This document shows, piece by piece, positions 52,499 through 62,349 of a DNA stretch of 64,000 nucleotides. Within the stretch, counting starts at the first letter, position 1. Each line of letters opens with the position of its first letter. Source of the DNA: Nitrosopumilus sp. (GTDB lineage: Archaea > Thermoproteota > Nitrososphaeria > Nitrososphaerales > Nitrosopumilaceae); assembly GCA_965203315.1 (NCBI GenBank), contig OZ241857.1:1344001-1408000 (forward strand). The letters are read 5' to 3'. The position numbers were made by a program, and so were the translations under genes. The notes beneath the pieces were generated by a model. That model was not told the origin of the DNA and did not search any database. It saw only the letters and a program-made list of their open reading frames with translations.

Positions 52499-52691
52499 AG
52501 TTTGTCCACTAATGGTAAATTAATGTCTTACCCGATCTAAATTCGAGTGATCCCTTAGATATTGTGGTCAAGATGTGATGTACAAAGCGTACTGGGCGTA
52601 AATGGAACGATCCCCTCGATATTCATCGAGAATGCAGGAAATGTGTGATATCCAATACATCCAATACATGTACACAGTATGTACACAGTAC

Positions 52692-53810
52692 CTATGATAT
52701 CGTCGCAAGTTGTTTACAGATCAGATACACTGCAAGAGATGTGGGTAGTGTTGTCTCATCGTTTAGCATAGGGCGAAGTCTCTTATTAAAGAGAGTTATG
52801 GGTATGGGGCAGTTTACTGTCACCTTGACGGGATCATCTGGTAGAAACATAGCATCAACTCTAGCATCAAATCTGTCTAGGTCATCACAGTATACCTTTG
52901 CTAGACCGCTCTTACTGTTCAGCGAGCCTGGCATTCTAAATATACGATGGATATCTGTTGTTACGTTGGGATCGATCTTTACTCCGATCGTGTCTGACAT
53001 CTCGTTTAATTTGTATTGAAACGATTGATATCCGCCCTTGATCAGACTCGTTATGACTTTACTACGTTTGGCAACTGATCCATACATGTATCTAGCAAAT
53101 CTACCTCGCCATCCCGAGTCATCCATATCTGGAAAATTGACCTTATCTGTCCTACCTCTCGCCATCCCAAAGGTCTCTGGAATTACAGCTTTGAGCATTA
53201 TATAGTCAACCAACTCTGATCGCTCCTTTGACTCAAGCTCGTGAAATCGTACATCATACACATAGACATGAAATCCATCATTACCAGAAAAGTAGACATC
53301 GATCTGTGTATGTTCTATGCCAAAGTCGTCAGTCAATATATCAACCAATCTCTTTGTCTCTTTTTTTGCACCGTCGATACATTTGGTACACATGATTGAC
53401 TTTTTAGTGAGTTTGGTAGAGTTGCAGTTGGTACAGCAATCTCCTCTCGATATCTGTTTACAGTCTGCACATATCGATACGGTGTGATCTATACGGCAAG
53501 GTAGTTTGAGATCTTTGGCATCTATATCAAAGATAAGATCTGCTGCATTCCATCCTTTCTCCTTTATTCCCAAGTTAGGGAATGCATAGTATGCATTTGA
53601 ACAGTATACGTCTGACGGAACGTCTTGTACAAGAAGAACGCGCAACTCTTTATCATTCTTTAGTGATACGTGTCTGATCATTCCAGAGTCGAATCGCTGA
53701 TAACCGAACTCGCGTTCATCCATACGATCAGGAATTCTAGATGTATCAAAGCGTTCGTAATAGAATCTTTTAAACACACCTTCTAAAAATGCAATATCTT
53801 TATCATTCAT
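52692..53810 (-). CDS. priS: DNA primase small subunit
   Basis: REFG, DLIFDID, FSG..GFHV, ID.NVT.D.HR.FRMPGSLN. Confidence 0.93.
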   Translation of the reverse strand: MNDKDIAFLEGVFKRFYYERFDTSRIPDRMDEREFGYQRFDSGMIRHVSLKNDKELRVLLVQDVPSDVYCSNAYYAFPNLGIKEKGWNAADLIFDIDAKDLKLPCRIDHTVSICADCKQISRGDCCTNCNSTKLTKKSIMCTKCIDGAKKETKRLVDILTDDFGIEHTQIDVYFSGNDGFHVYVYDVRFHELESKERSELVDYIMLKAVIPETFGMARGRTDKVNFPDMDDSGWRGRFARYMYGSVAKRSKVITSLIKGGYQSFQYKLNEMSDTIGVKIDPNVTTDIHRIFRMPGSLNSKSGLAKVYCDDLDRFDARVDAMFLPDDPVKVTVNCPIPITLFNKRLRPMLNDETTLPTSLAVYLICKQLATIS

Positions 53811-54823
53811 CTTCGTGTCGCCCCAAACTGAACAGGATTGTATATGTTGTCACACTCTGGTACTCTAAAACAGAGATCTTGAGTATTCAACTTTTCACAT
53901 GATGGGCAGCTGTACTTTGTACCACTTGCTCCAGAAAGATTATTCAGTTGATATAATGTAATCTTTTCATTATAATCTGGTGCATTTTTGAAGAGTGGTG
54001 CAATCTCTTCTACGGATTTGCCTCTGGACAACAGAAACGTCGCTAACATGAATCGTCCCGAGTGTGGTAGATTCTCTCCATCTTCGAGTACTTTTATTGC
54101 ATGTTTAATACATGGTGGATACTCGCCACTGTATACGACCTCGGTCTCAAATTCTTTTGCAAGTTCAATCAATTCTGCAACGATTGATTCAAGACCTTGA
54201 ATCATCTTTGGCTTTGGTGCTTTGATAATATTGTCTTTAATGTATAGTCGCAGCTCATCTCGTATCAGTCTAATCGTCTGATGTGCATTCAGAAATACAT
54301 ATCCATTCTCTACATATCTGTTAACCAACTTCCATTCGCGCTCGTGAAACTTTATCGAGTATCGTACATAATCTTGGATCGGAATTGTAAAATAATCTTC
54401 CTTGTTCTCAATCTGTACCGAGAACAGCTCCATGATTATTCGTTTTGCTAATATTATTCTTGGTTTGTCATTGATGTTCTTTAAATCTCTCTCAAGAAAC
54501 TCTTCTGCACGTCGAGATTCTGCAAGTACAAATCGATTCACAAGTGTTGATCTTCCAGCCAACTTTAACAGTACTACTGCTAAGAGAAAGGAAAAGATCT
54601 CACGAGGAAGTATATGATCCTTTGATGCTTCACCGGTTAGATCAGATCTATATATCTTGCCTTTGGCAGATACTTTGATCCGTTCTAACGCACTCTCTCG
54701 TATGTCTTCGAGATCTGGATCTGTACCCAACTGCTCCAATGTGAATCCCTGATCTCTAAGATACTCTCCGGCAACTTTTACAAATGGATACTTTGCGAGT
54801 TCATCAGGCCCTAGTTGAAGCAT
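53807..54823 (-). CDS. priL: DNA primase large subunit
   Basis: YPF, PPCI, LPHSGRF, T.YQ, Y.CPSC, C...C Fe-S cysteines. Confidence 0.92.
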   Translation of the reverse strand: MLQLGPDELAKYPFVKVAGEYLRDQGFTLEQLGTDPDLEDIRESALERIKVSAKGKIYRSDLTGEASKDHILPREIFSFLLAVVLLKLAGRSTLVNRFVLAESRRAEEFLERDLKNINDKPRIILAKRIIMELFSVQIENKEDYFTIPIQDYVRYSIKFHEREWKLVNRYVENGYVFLNAHQTIRLIRDELRLYIKDNIIKAPKPKMIQGLESIVAELIELAKEFETEVVYSGEYPPCIKHAIKVLEDGENLPHSGRFMLATFLLSRGKSVEEIAPLFKNAPDYNEKITLYQLNNLSGASGTKYSCPSCEKLNTQDLCFRVPECDNIYNPVQFGATRR

Positions 54824-55028
54824 ACCTGATACACAGGTTATTTACTTAAAAATCTGATTTTATGCCAAATTCGCTTGGATCGATATTTAGCAGTATAATG
54901 TTTGGTTATCGGAAAAATTTATCAAAATACGGACGTACATTAACCAACAATAAACCATCTATGACCCAATCTAAAATGTACATTTACTATAATCCATAAA
55001 TCAATTGTAGTTTAAATTAACGTACTAG

Positions 55029-55880
55029 ATGATACAAACTATGCAGATAGGCTGTCACGTATCGATCTCTGGGTCTATAGATATGGCAGTAGACAATGCT
55101 GTAGAACATGAATGTACGGCATTTCAGATATTTACTAGAAATCCCCGAGGATGGCATGCAAGAGATCTCTCAAATAAAGATATTGACAACTTTAAGACAA
55201 AACTACAAGCAAGTGGAATAGATCGCTTTGCGACATGTGCACATATGCCATATCTTCCAAATCTTGCAACACCCAAAGATGATGGTTTTGCAAAGTCAGT
55301 AAATGTACTGATAAACGAGACAGAGCGATGTGCCCGGCTTGGAATACCATATCTGGTGACACATCTAGGAAGCCATCTTGGAAGTGGTGATGCTGCAGGT
55401 ATAGAGCGACTAATTGACGGACTGTCACAAGCTGGTCAGATCAATAATGATGTGATGATACTATTAGAGAATACAGCTGGTCAAAAGAACTCTGTTGGTT
55501 CTGACTTTGAACAGCTAGGTACAATATTCAAACAACTAGAACCAAAGAAAAAGTTTGGAGTATGTCTAGATACGTGCCATGCATTTGTTGCAGGATATGA
55601 TCTACGTACTCGTAGCAATGTGTCTAAGGTGTTCAAGGAATTCGACAAATATGTTGGATTGAAAAATCTAAAGATATTACACCTCAACGACGCTAAAGGA
55701 GAACTCGGTTGTAATTTAGATAGACATTATCATCTGGGTTTAGGTAAGATAGGACGTGATGGAATTGCAGCAGTCGTCAAATTCACGAACAAACTAGAGA
55801 TTCCAATAATACTCGAGACTCCAATAGATGATACACGAGATGACTTTGGCAACATTAGGTTTGCAAAGGAGCTTGCGTAG
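55029..55880 (+). CDS. nfo: Endonuclease IV
   Basis: GCHVSI, QIF, HMPY..NL, LENTAG, CLDTCH, HLND, DRH, ILETP. Confidence 0.95.
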   Translation: MIQTMQIGCHVSISGSIDMAVDNAVEHECTAFQIFTRNPRGWHARDLSNKDIDNFKTKLQASGIDRFATCAHMPYLPNLATPKDDGFAKSVNVLINETERCARLGIPYLVTHLGSHLGSGDAAGIERLIDGLSQAGQINNDVMILLENTAGQKNSVGSDFEQLGTIFKQLEPKKKFGVCLDTCHAFVAGYDLRTRSNVSKVFKEFDKYVGLKNLKILHLNDAKGELGCNLDRHYHLGLGKIGRDGIAAVVKFTNKLEIPIILETPIDDTRDDFGNIRFAKELA

Positions 55881-55900
55881 AACTGATATTTTGATGGATC

Positions 55901-57358
55901 ATGGATTATGAAGATGTTATGAAACTTGCATTGGAACGTGGATTCTATTTTCCAAGCTGTGAGATATATGGTGACGCACAAGCTGGATTCTGGGAATATG
56001 GTCCATCTGGAACTAAATTCAAGAACAAGTTTCTAGATCTGTGGCGAAGAGAGTTGATCAGAAGGGACGAGATGTTAGAGATAGATGGTTCACAGATAAT
56101 GTCCAAACAAGTCTTTGAGGCATCTGGACACTTGAGTAACTTTGCCGATCCTATAACACATTGTAAAAGTTGTGGTTCAACATTTCGTGCAGACAAACTC
56201 ATTGCAGATACTGCAAATGTAATGATTCCAGAGAGCGCAGAGTTGAGCGAATTTGATGTTGCTATTACACAGAACAATATACAGTGTACTAGCTGCAAGG
56301 GTGATCTTGGACCTACTACAAACTTTAACATGATGTTTCGAGTAGGAATAGGGCCAGAAAATCATGACGCATATCTGCGTCCAGAGACATGTCAATCGAT
56401 CTTTGTCGACTTTGCACGACTCTACAAAACGATGCGAGGAAGACTACCTCTAGGTATAGCACAAGTAGGCAAGAGTTTTAGAAACGAGATAGCTCCACGA
56501 CAGAGTCTGTTACGATTACGCGAGTTTTATCAAGCAGAGATTGAGGTATTTTGTAATCCAACAAGATTAGATGATGTGGAACAGTTTGATGATATCTCTG
56601 ATACCAACCTAGTAATTCAGATAGGTGATGACACCACAACAGTAACATGTAATACTGCAGTCGAGTCTGGCATACTTCCAAACAAATTTGTTGCATATTA
56701 TTTAGCACTACTTGTAGAGTTTTATGAAAAGACTGGTATCGATATGAGTCGTTATAGATTTAGAAGATTAGGTGAGAAAGAGAAGGCATTTTATGCCGAG
56801 ATTGCATTTGACTTTGAAGTCGAGACTAGTATCGGATGGTTAGAACTAGTTGCATGTAACTATAGATCAGATCACGACCTAGCTGGTCACGCAGCAAAGA
56901 GTAAAGAAAAGTTAGAGGTCATGGACGGTGACACAAAGATTCTACCACATGTATTTGAGATATCTATGGGCATAGATCGAAGTCTGTATACGATCCTTGA
57001 GCATAGTTTGAGAGACGATACAGAGAATGAACGACGTGTACTGTCACTAAAACCTTACCTATCACCAATACACGTAGGTGTACTCTCGTTGGTAAAGAAG
57101 GATGGATTGCGAGAGAAGACAAACGAGATATATTCAGAGATAAAACGACTATGTGATGCATTCTTGGATCACTCTGGAGCTATAGGACGTAGATATAGAC
57201 GCCTGGATGAGGTAGGCGCACCATTTGCAATAACCATAGACCACCAAACCTTGACAGATGATACAGTTACTATACGATTACGTGATACGATGGAGCAACA
57301 AAGAATACCTATTGCAGATCTAAAATCAGAGATTACTAGTGCAATATCATATCCATAA
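55901..57358 (+). CDS. glyS: Glycine--tRNA ligase (alpha2 type)
   Basis: ASGH, LRPETCQ.IF, GKSFRNEI.PRQ.L.R.REF.Q.E, IGRRYRR.DE.G. Confidence 0.95.
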   Translation: MDYEDVMKLALERGFYFPSCEIYGDAQAGFWEYGPSGTKFKNKFLDLWRRELIRRDEMLEIDGSQIMSKQVFEASGHLSNFADPITHCKSCGSTFRADKLIADTANVMIPESAELSEFDVAITQNNIQCTSCKGDLGPTTNFNMMFRVGIGPENHDAYLRPETCQSIFVDFARLYKTMRGRLPLGIAQVGKSFRNEIAPRQSLLRLREFYQAEIEVFCNPTRLDDVEQFDDISDTNLVIQIGDDTTTVTCNTAVESGILPNKFVAYYLALLVEFYEKTGIDMSRYRFRRLGEKEKAFYAEIAFDFEVETSIGWLELVACNYRSDHDLAGHAAKSKEKLEVMDGDTKILPHVFEISMGIDRSLYTILEHSLRDDTENERRVLSLKPYLSPIHVGVLSLVKKDGLREKTNEIYSEIKRLCDAFLDHSGAIGRRYRRLDEVGAPFAITIDHQTLTDDTVTIRLRDTMEQQRIPIADLKSEITSAISYP

Positions 57359-57434
57359 ATTTAGATATTGATTATTTGTAACCAGTTTGATATGGATCAA
57401 TGTGATATTGACCATAAAGAGTATTCATCATATA

Positions 57435-57646
57435 TACCAAAGTGCAAAAGTATTTTCCAAGTAAATCGTAGAATAGCATGTATGTACTTGTGAATACATC
57501 TTACGGAAATCAAAAGTACATCATTTGAGCGATTTTGTCTATAGAAATAACATATGCGCTGTCGTCATTACAAGATGAGCACATCCATAAAAAGTACATG
57601 TGCGTTATTTTGTTGTCGTCTTGGAAAATACTTTCGCACTTTGGTA
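57435..57646. mobile_element. MITE family D (IS630/Tc1-mariner-like, TA flanked), 212 bp
   Basis: TACCAAAGTGCAAAAGTATTTTCCAAG / CTTGGAAAATACTTTCGCACTTTGGTA (26/27 match), TA on both sides. Confidence 0.82.
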
Positions 57647-57705
57647 TAATTGAGAGATCTTACGATCTTTATGCCTCAAATCACAGCTCCCCAGGATTAC
57701 ACAGA

Positions 57706-57822
57706 ACCGTTTTTCGGTTTACGTGGGATGACATGTAGCAAGACTTTTTCTGATTTTCTCTTATAGAATACTGTAGTAATTTTTCTGTACCCGTTCTATC
57801 CCAAGTAGACCAAAAAAGATAC
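57706..57822. mobile_element. MITE family B, copy 3 (degenerate ends)
   Basis: TTTTCGGTTTACGTGGGATGA...GCAAGACTTTTT...TTATAGAAT...ATCCCAAGTAGACC. Confidence 0.7.
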
Positions 57823-57861
57823 ATCAAATAATATGTATGATGTTATATTCGATATTGTAAT

Positions 57862-59025
57862 ATGGACAAAATCCTCTACATGATTGACGTTCTTCAACGA
57901 TCAGAGTTTGGAGATCTAGCAAAGCTAACTCGTATAAAAAACAGAATAAATGACGGGTACATTCTACAGGATGATGTTGATTATGTTGAACAGTTGCACA
58001 ATGATCTTGAGATCTCTAGAGGTGGAGCAATAAAGAGATCTAGCAAAGCATGGTATCTACTACCTTTATGTTTGTGGATACTAGGTGGCATAATATCATA
58101 TGCCTGTCTACGAAAGCGTGATCCAGGACGTGCAAGAAATACACTAATTCTAGGATCAGCATTCTTTGGAATATTTCTAGTTCTTGTATTTGTCGGATCT
58201 ACGATACCTGATGATCCTATACTTGACGAGTCTATAACTGATCCCATAATATCATCTGTAAATACTGAAAGCATTGACTCCTCAAACTCTATACATTCTG
58301 ATCAAGATACACTAGAATCAGTAATTCAAAATGTACAAGAACCTCAAATTCATAAAATATCATACGCTCCTATACCAGAATATGTGGATTCAGAGATATT
58401 ACTATCTGCTCTTGCTAATGCAGTACACTCGTGGGAGTCAGAAAATCCTCAAATTGATCTACAAATCGTAGAGTCTGATCCTGATCTAGAAATATCTTGG
58501 TCTAGATGGATGAAGGGCTCAACATTAGGTGTCTATAGAGTTTATAATTCTACAATTAATGGGACAGTTGTATCCAACCATGAAATTATGATTAGAATGG
58601 GTAACGACGACTGTCATTCCATCTATCAGCCATACAGTGCAGAATCATTAACACATACTATTGCGCACGAGTTGGGACATTATCTTGGATTGAGGCATAT
58701 AAACAACAGAGATCATCTCATGCATTCAGACGAATTCTTTGGTGTAGATTCAATATTGGTATATGATGAGCAGGGATATGTAATACCCAAAATATCCGAA
58801 CCAAAAGTGAGAACACTAGTTGCTCAGACTATTACAGAGCAGATCGATTTAATAAATCACGAATTGGATCAGATCGTAGCAGAACGTCTAGATATAAAAA
58901 CCAAGTTGGTTGATAATGAGTCTGATACGCTGCAAATTGCTCTACAATCCAATAGTAAAAAGTATAACAAACTGGCACAGCAACTAGAAGAATTTGATAA
59001 ACAGATCAGCTGTCTAGAAAATTGA
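57862..59025 (+). CDS. Membrane-anchored matrixin (M10-like) zinc metalloprotease with C-terminal coiled coil
   Basis: TM hairpin, HELGHYLGLRH...LM Met-turn. Confidence 0.85.
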   Translation: MDKILYMIDVLQRSEFGDLAKLTRIKNRINDGYILQDDVDYVEQLHNDLEISRGGAIKRSSKAWYLLPLCLWILGGIISYACLRKRDPGRARNTLILGSAFFGIFLVLVFVGSTIPDDPILDESITDPIISSVNTESIDSSNSIHSDQDTLESVIQNVQEPQIHKISYAPIPEYVDSEILLSALANAVHSWESENPQIDLQIVESDPDLEISWSRWMKGSTLGVYRVYNSTINGTVVSNHEIMIRMGNDDCHSIYQPYSAESLTHTIAHELGHYLGLRHINNRDHLMHSDEFFGVDSILVYDEQGYVIPKISEPKVRTLVAQTITEQIDLINHELDQIVAERLDIKTKLVDNESDTLQIALQSNSKKYNKLAQQLEEFDKQISCLEN

Positions 59026-59546
59026 AGTGAGACTAATACCTATGTCAACCATCCATTTCACTAGGAGAGTTATCACATTATGATTTAAATAATAACAAGA
59101 GTCACTCTATACTTACTTGGATGTATTAACAATAAAAGAGATTGATGACTTGATCAAGCTTGGTATAGGCGACTCTCAAAGACTCTCTTATATCAAAGGG
59201 ATGTTATTGCAGGAACGAGATCTGTATAATTCAGATAAAAAATACCTAGAAAAACTCAATCTAATTAGAGACACAAAACTAGACCCATCAACGTCTACAA
59301 ATAATATCAATGAACATCAACCATCATCAAATGTACAAACCACAGATAAAGACGAATCTCAATCTACACCTGTAGACGATGTCACGACGCCTAAAGAAAA
59401 GGTAATAATCAAATACGTGTACAAGTCTAGCGCTGCATGGTATCTACTACCTTTATGTTTGTGGATACTAGGTGGCATAATATCATATGCCTGTCTACGA
59501 AAGCGTGATCCAGGACGTGCAAGAAATACATTAATTCTAGGATCAG
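58048..59546 (+). repeat. 112-bp direct repeat (58048-58159 and 59435-59546) encoding a TM hairpin in two genes
   Basis: 111/112 identical; the one difference is synonymous (CTA/TTA). Confidence 0.93.
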
Positions 59547-60040
59547 TACTATCTATATTGCCTATAATCATACTTGTTGGGTTCGTCACGTATTTTGCGG
59601 ATGAGTATAGTGTATCAACTACAAATATGTCTCTAGAAGAGATCAAACAAGCATCATTACTTGTTCCATATAATTCACTTATAGATGATAGTGATACCTA
59701 TGTTGGAGAAGTTGTACGGTATGATGGAAAGATAGTTCAAGCAATGGAACAATTTGATATCTATGTACTACGAATTTCAACGTCGTTTGATGGATTTGCT
59801 TCTGATGATGTGATATGGGTAAATTATGAACCTAAAACAGATGAAGAAAGACAATGGTTAGAGAAACTAGAGCAAGATCTTGTTCCATTTACAGGCCCAA
59901 ATTCAGACAATCTTGTTCGAGTGTGGGGCGAGTCCAAAGGACTAACTGACTATTCTAACATATTTGGTGGTACAGTAACACTCCCAAAGATTGATGGATG
60001 GATAATAGAGAGACTTTTACTCGATGAAGATGTACCCTAG
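59117..60040 (+). CDS. Membrane protein with probable extracellular OB-fold domain
   Basis: Same TM hairpin; YVGEVVRYDGKIVQ...VRVWGE.KG...Y....GG...LPKI. Confidence 0.7.
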   Translation: MDVLTIKEIDDLIKLGIGDSQRLSYIKGMLLQERDLYNSDKKYLEKLNLIRDTKLDPSTSTNNINEHQPSSNVQTTDKDESQSTPVDDVTTPKEKVIIKYVYKSSAAWYLLPLCLWILGGIISYACLRKRDPGRARNTLILGSVLSILPIIILVGFVTYFADEYSVSTTNMSLEEIKQASLLVPYNSLIDDSDTYVGEVVRYDGKIVQAMEQFDIYVLRISTSFDGFASDDVIWVNYEPKTDEERQWLEKLEQDLVPFTGPNSDNLVRVWGESKGLTDYSNIFGGTVTLPKIDGWIIERLLLDEDVP

Positions 60041-60118
60041 TATTTCAAACACTATTGACATTTTATTATATTTTTATCTTAAAATTTGATTCAATACATC
60101 GAATACAAATCTATACAA

Positions 60119-62029
60119 CTATGCATGTGCATCACCATGCATTAGATTATTCACTTTACTCTTACCTGCAGGCATCACTCGTATGATATCATCTAATGGA
60201 ATACTCTTTGCAACTGTTTCATCTTTTTCTAAAAGTTCAAGTCTAATCTTCTTTGCAGCGTCTACTAGATCTAAACCTTGCGGTTCGATAATACTATAGT
60301 ATATAGATCGTTGCTTGATGGGTTCAACAGGACCACACGTTACTACATACGAGTCATCACTATCCATGATACCTACTGCCAACTTTAAGCTAGTTGATTT
60401 GATAAAGTTACGTTGACCTTCTATAGTAAATGATCCCTTTGGTAGAAACTCGCCTGACGGTGCTGACTTTTTTACCTGATCAGGATACACCCAATAGGCA
60501 CGTACACCATACAATCCTTCACGCCATGCACGACTAAAGCAGACGGTAGCTATTGCCATCTGACTCATGGTGTCATCTGATGGCGTATCAGCATCTTTGA
60601 GTATGAAGAACGGTGATCCAAAGATATCTGCGTGAAATACTTTGTCTCTGTTGGTTAGTTGTTTGCGAATTACAGCCGAGTTGGATGCAGCATCACGTCC
60701 ACCAACTGCAAGTAGTCCATCTGTTGTGTAAAACCATCTATATCTCTCATACCAACTCTTCTTTCGTATATTTGACACAGTGATATCAGGTACATTTTGT
60801 TCTTTTGTTAATAGATGTTCTAATTTTGTTTTAGTCTTATTCATCGCAGCTTGAATGGTATTGGTTGCAGCTGCTTGATGTTTAGCCTCATCAAATAATG
60901 TAGATGCAATAGAATGTAGTGACGACTCGATGTTGATTCTAATCTTTGTTGTGTCGACTAGAAGAAACTTGATGCCCTTCTCTGTAATAACTCTAGCATT
61001 GTGAGTTTTTAGTATATCTATCGATCTAGGGTCTTGGATACTTTGTATACCTTGGGAGATCATATCAAAGAATGACTTGGCCACAACTGTTATTGCAGCT
61101 GATCTCTCTTGAACCGTCTGAATAGCTTTTGATTGTTCATCTAGCCTCGTCTGTAGTTCTGTTATTGCGCGGTTTGATGTAGAAGACTGTATCGAGTTTG
61201 CTTGAGCAACCAACGACTCTGTAAATACTGTATCTAGTCCTTGAATAAAACTGTCTACAGGTACTCCTTGATCACTTTTGAGCTGCACGGGATATACTTC
61301 AGGTCTGTCGCCTGTAATGATAACCGGTTTGTGATTGCCGTGTGTAATGTCGTGTACAAGTTTTTTTATTGTATTGTATAAATGCGTGATCTGTTGTTTG
61401 GTGAGTTGATCAGATGGTATCTGTGAATCTATACCGGCCAATGTAAATACTCCTTCAGCATATTTTTTTGGAAGTCCCAATGTTCTCCCAACCCATCTCG
61501 CTGCAACCATGTCTGACTTGTACATATCTGTAAAGTTATCCTCAGTTATGTCTAGAATATCTATCTCGGTTTGGAGTGGCGGTGTGTACTGTAAACCAAC
61601 TGATAGCTTTCTGTGCCGTACGTCTATAGAGTGTTGTAGTGCTAGAATCTTCCCCGTCTCATCATACAGTATGATGTTCCCGTCGCCAAAAAACTCTACA
61701 ACTAGAACAAACTCCCTTTCAAATCCCTCAAACACTAGATATGCGATTCGTTCTGAGCCGATCTGTCGAATCTCCTTTAAACGCAGTCGTACAATATCAC
61801 TACGCAGTCGTTTCTGTAATCGATTTGGTTCTATCTGTTCTATCTTTACTGACGTGATCCAGATGCCCATAGTTGAGACCATCAAAAAGAGATCGGGTTT
61901 GTCGGTATGATGTAGTTTGAAGAGTAAACTAGATTTGTTTATTCCATAGATGTTACTGACATAGTATCCTTTGGCCTGCTCTGATATGGTATCTACAAGA
62001 TATCGCAGCTCAATTCCCGCAAGCGTCAT
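60119..62029 (-). CDS. rqcH: Rqc2/RqcH (NFACT) ribosome quality-control protein
   Basis: ERIA, EFFGDGNIIL, WYERYRWF, GGRDAASN, FHADIFGSP, QVKKSAPSGEFL.KGSF.IEG.RN. Confidence 0.9.
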   Translation of the reverse strand: MTLAGIELRYLVDTISEQAKGYYVSNIYGINKSSLLFKLHHTDKPDLFLMVSTMGIWITSVKIEQIEPNRLQKRLRSDIVRLRLKEIRQIGSERIAYLVFEGFEREFVLVVEFFGDGNIILYDETGKILALQHSIDVRHRKLSVGLQYTPPLQTEIDILDITEDNFTDMYKSDMVAARWVGRTLGLPKKYAEGVFTLAGIDSQIPSDQLTKQQITHLYNTIKKLVHDITHGNHKPVIITGDRPEVYPVQLKSDQGVPVDSFIQGLDTVFTESLVAQANSIQSSTSNRAITELQTRLDEQSKAIQTVQERSAAITVVAKSFFDMISQGIQSIQDPRSIDILKTHNARVITEKGIKFLLVDTTKIRINIESSLHSIASTLFDEAKHQAAATNTIQAAMNKTKTKLEHLLTKEQNVPDITVSNIRKKSWYERYRWFYTTDGLLAVGGRDAASNSAVIRKQLTNRDKVFHADIFGSPFFILKDADTPSDDTMSQMAIATVCFSRAWREGLYGVRAYWVYPDQVKKSAPSGEFLPKGSFTIEGQRNFIKSTSLKLAVGIMDSDDSYVVTCGPVEPIKQRSIYYSIIEPQGLDLVDAAKKIRLELLEKDETVAKSIPLDDIIRVMPAGKSKVNNLMHGDAHA

Positions 62030-62071
62030 GTATTATACATGATATATACTCAATTTTACTCTTCTAGCCAC

Positions 62072-62247
62072 GGTTCTGTTAACATGACGAGGGTTGGCAT
62101 TTTATGCACAAAATTCTCGAAAAATTTTGTAAAATATGGAAACGGTCTCATATCGGATATCGTAAATTTCTGCTGTTTTGAGTCACATATTGTGCGTTCT
62201 TTGAGATAACGTCATAACGATCTCCACCCAGTCAATTGAACAGAACC
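62072..62247. mobile_element. MITE family C (IS6-like ends), copy 2
   Basis: GGTTCTGTT...AACAGAACC; inverted homologue of 43654-43835. Confidence 0.82.
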
Positions 62248-62349
62248 TATTGAATCCATTTGAATTGAAACAAAAAGAGTACTAGCTCAATGGAAGAACT
62301 AACTTTACTGTCAATATATCTACTAAATACACATTATAATTAAAGATTG

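Noticed and set aside
52650-52690. Tandem 9-bp and 11-bp duplications after priS
   Set aside because: Two copies each; consistent with replication slippage.
62264-62271. ATTGAAAC, resembling a CRISPR repeat end
   Set aside because: Single occurrence with no periodic repeats.
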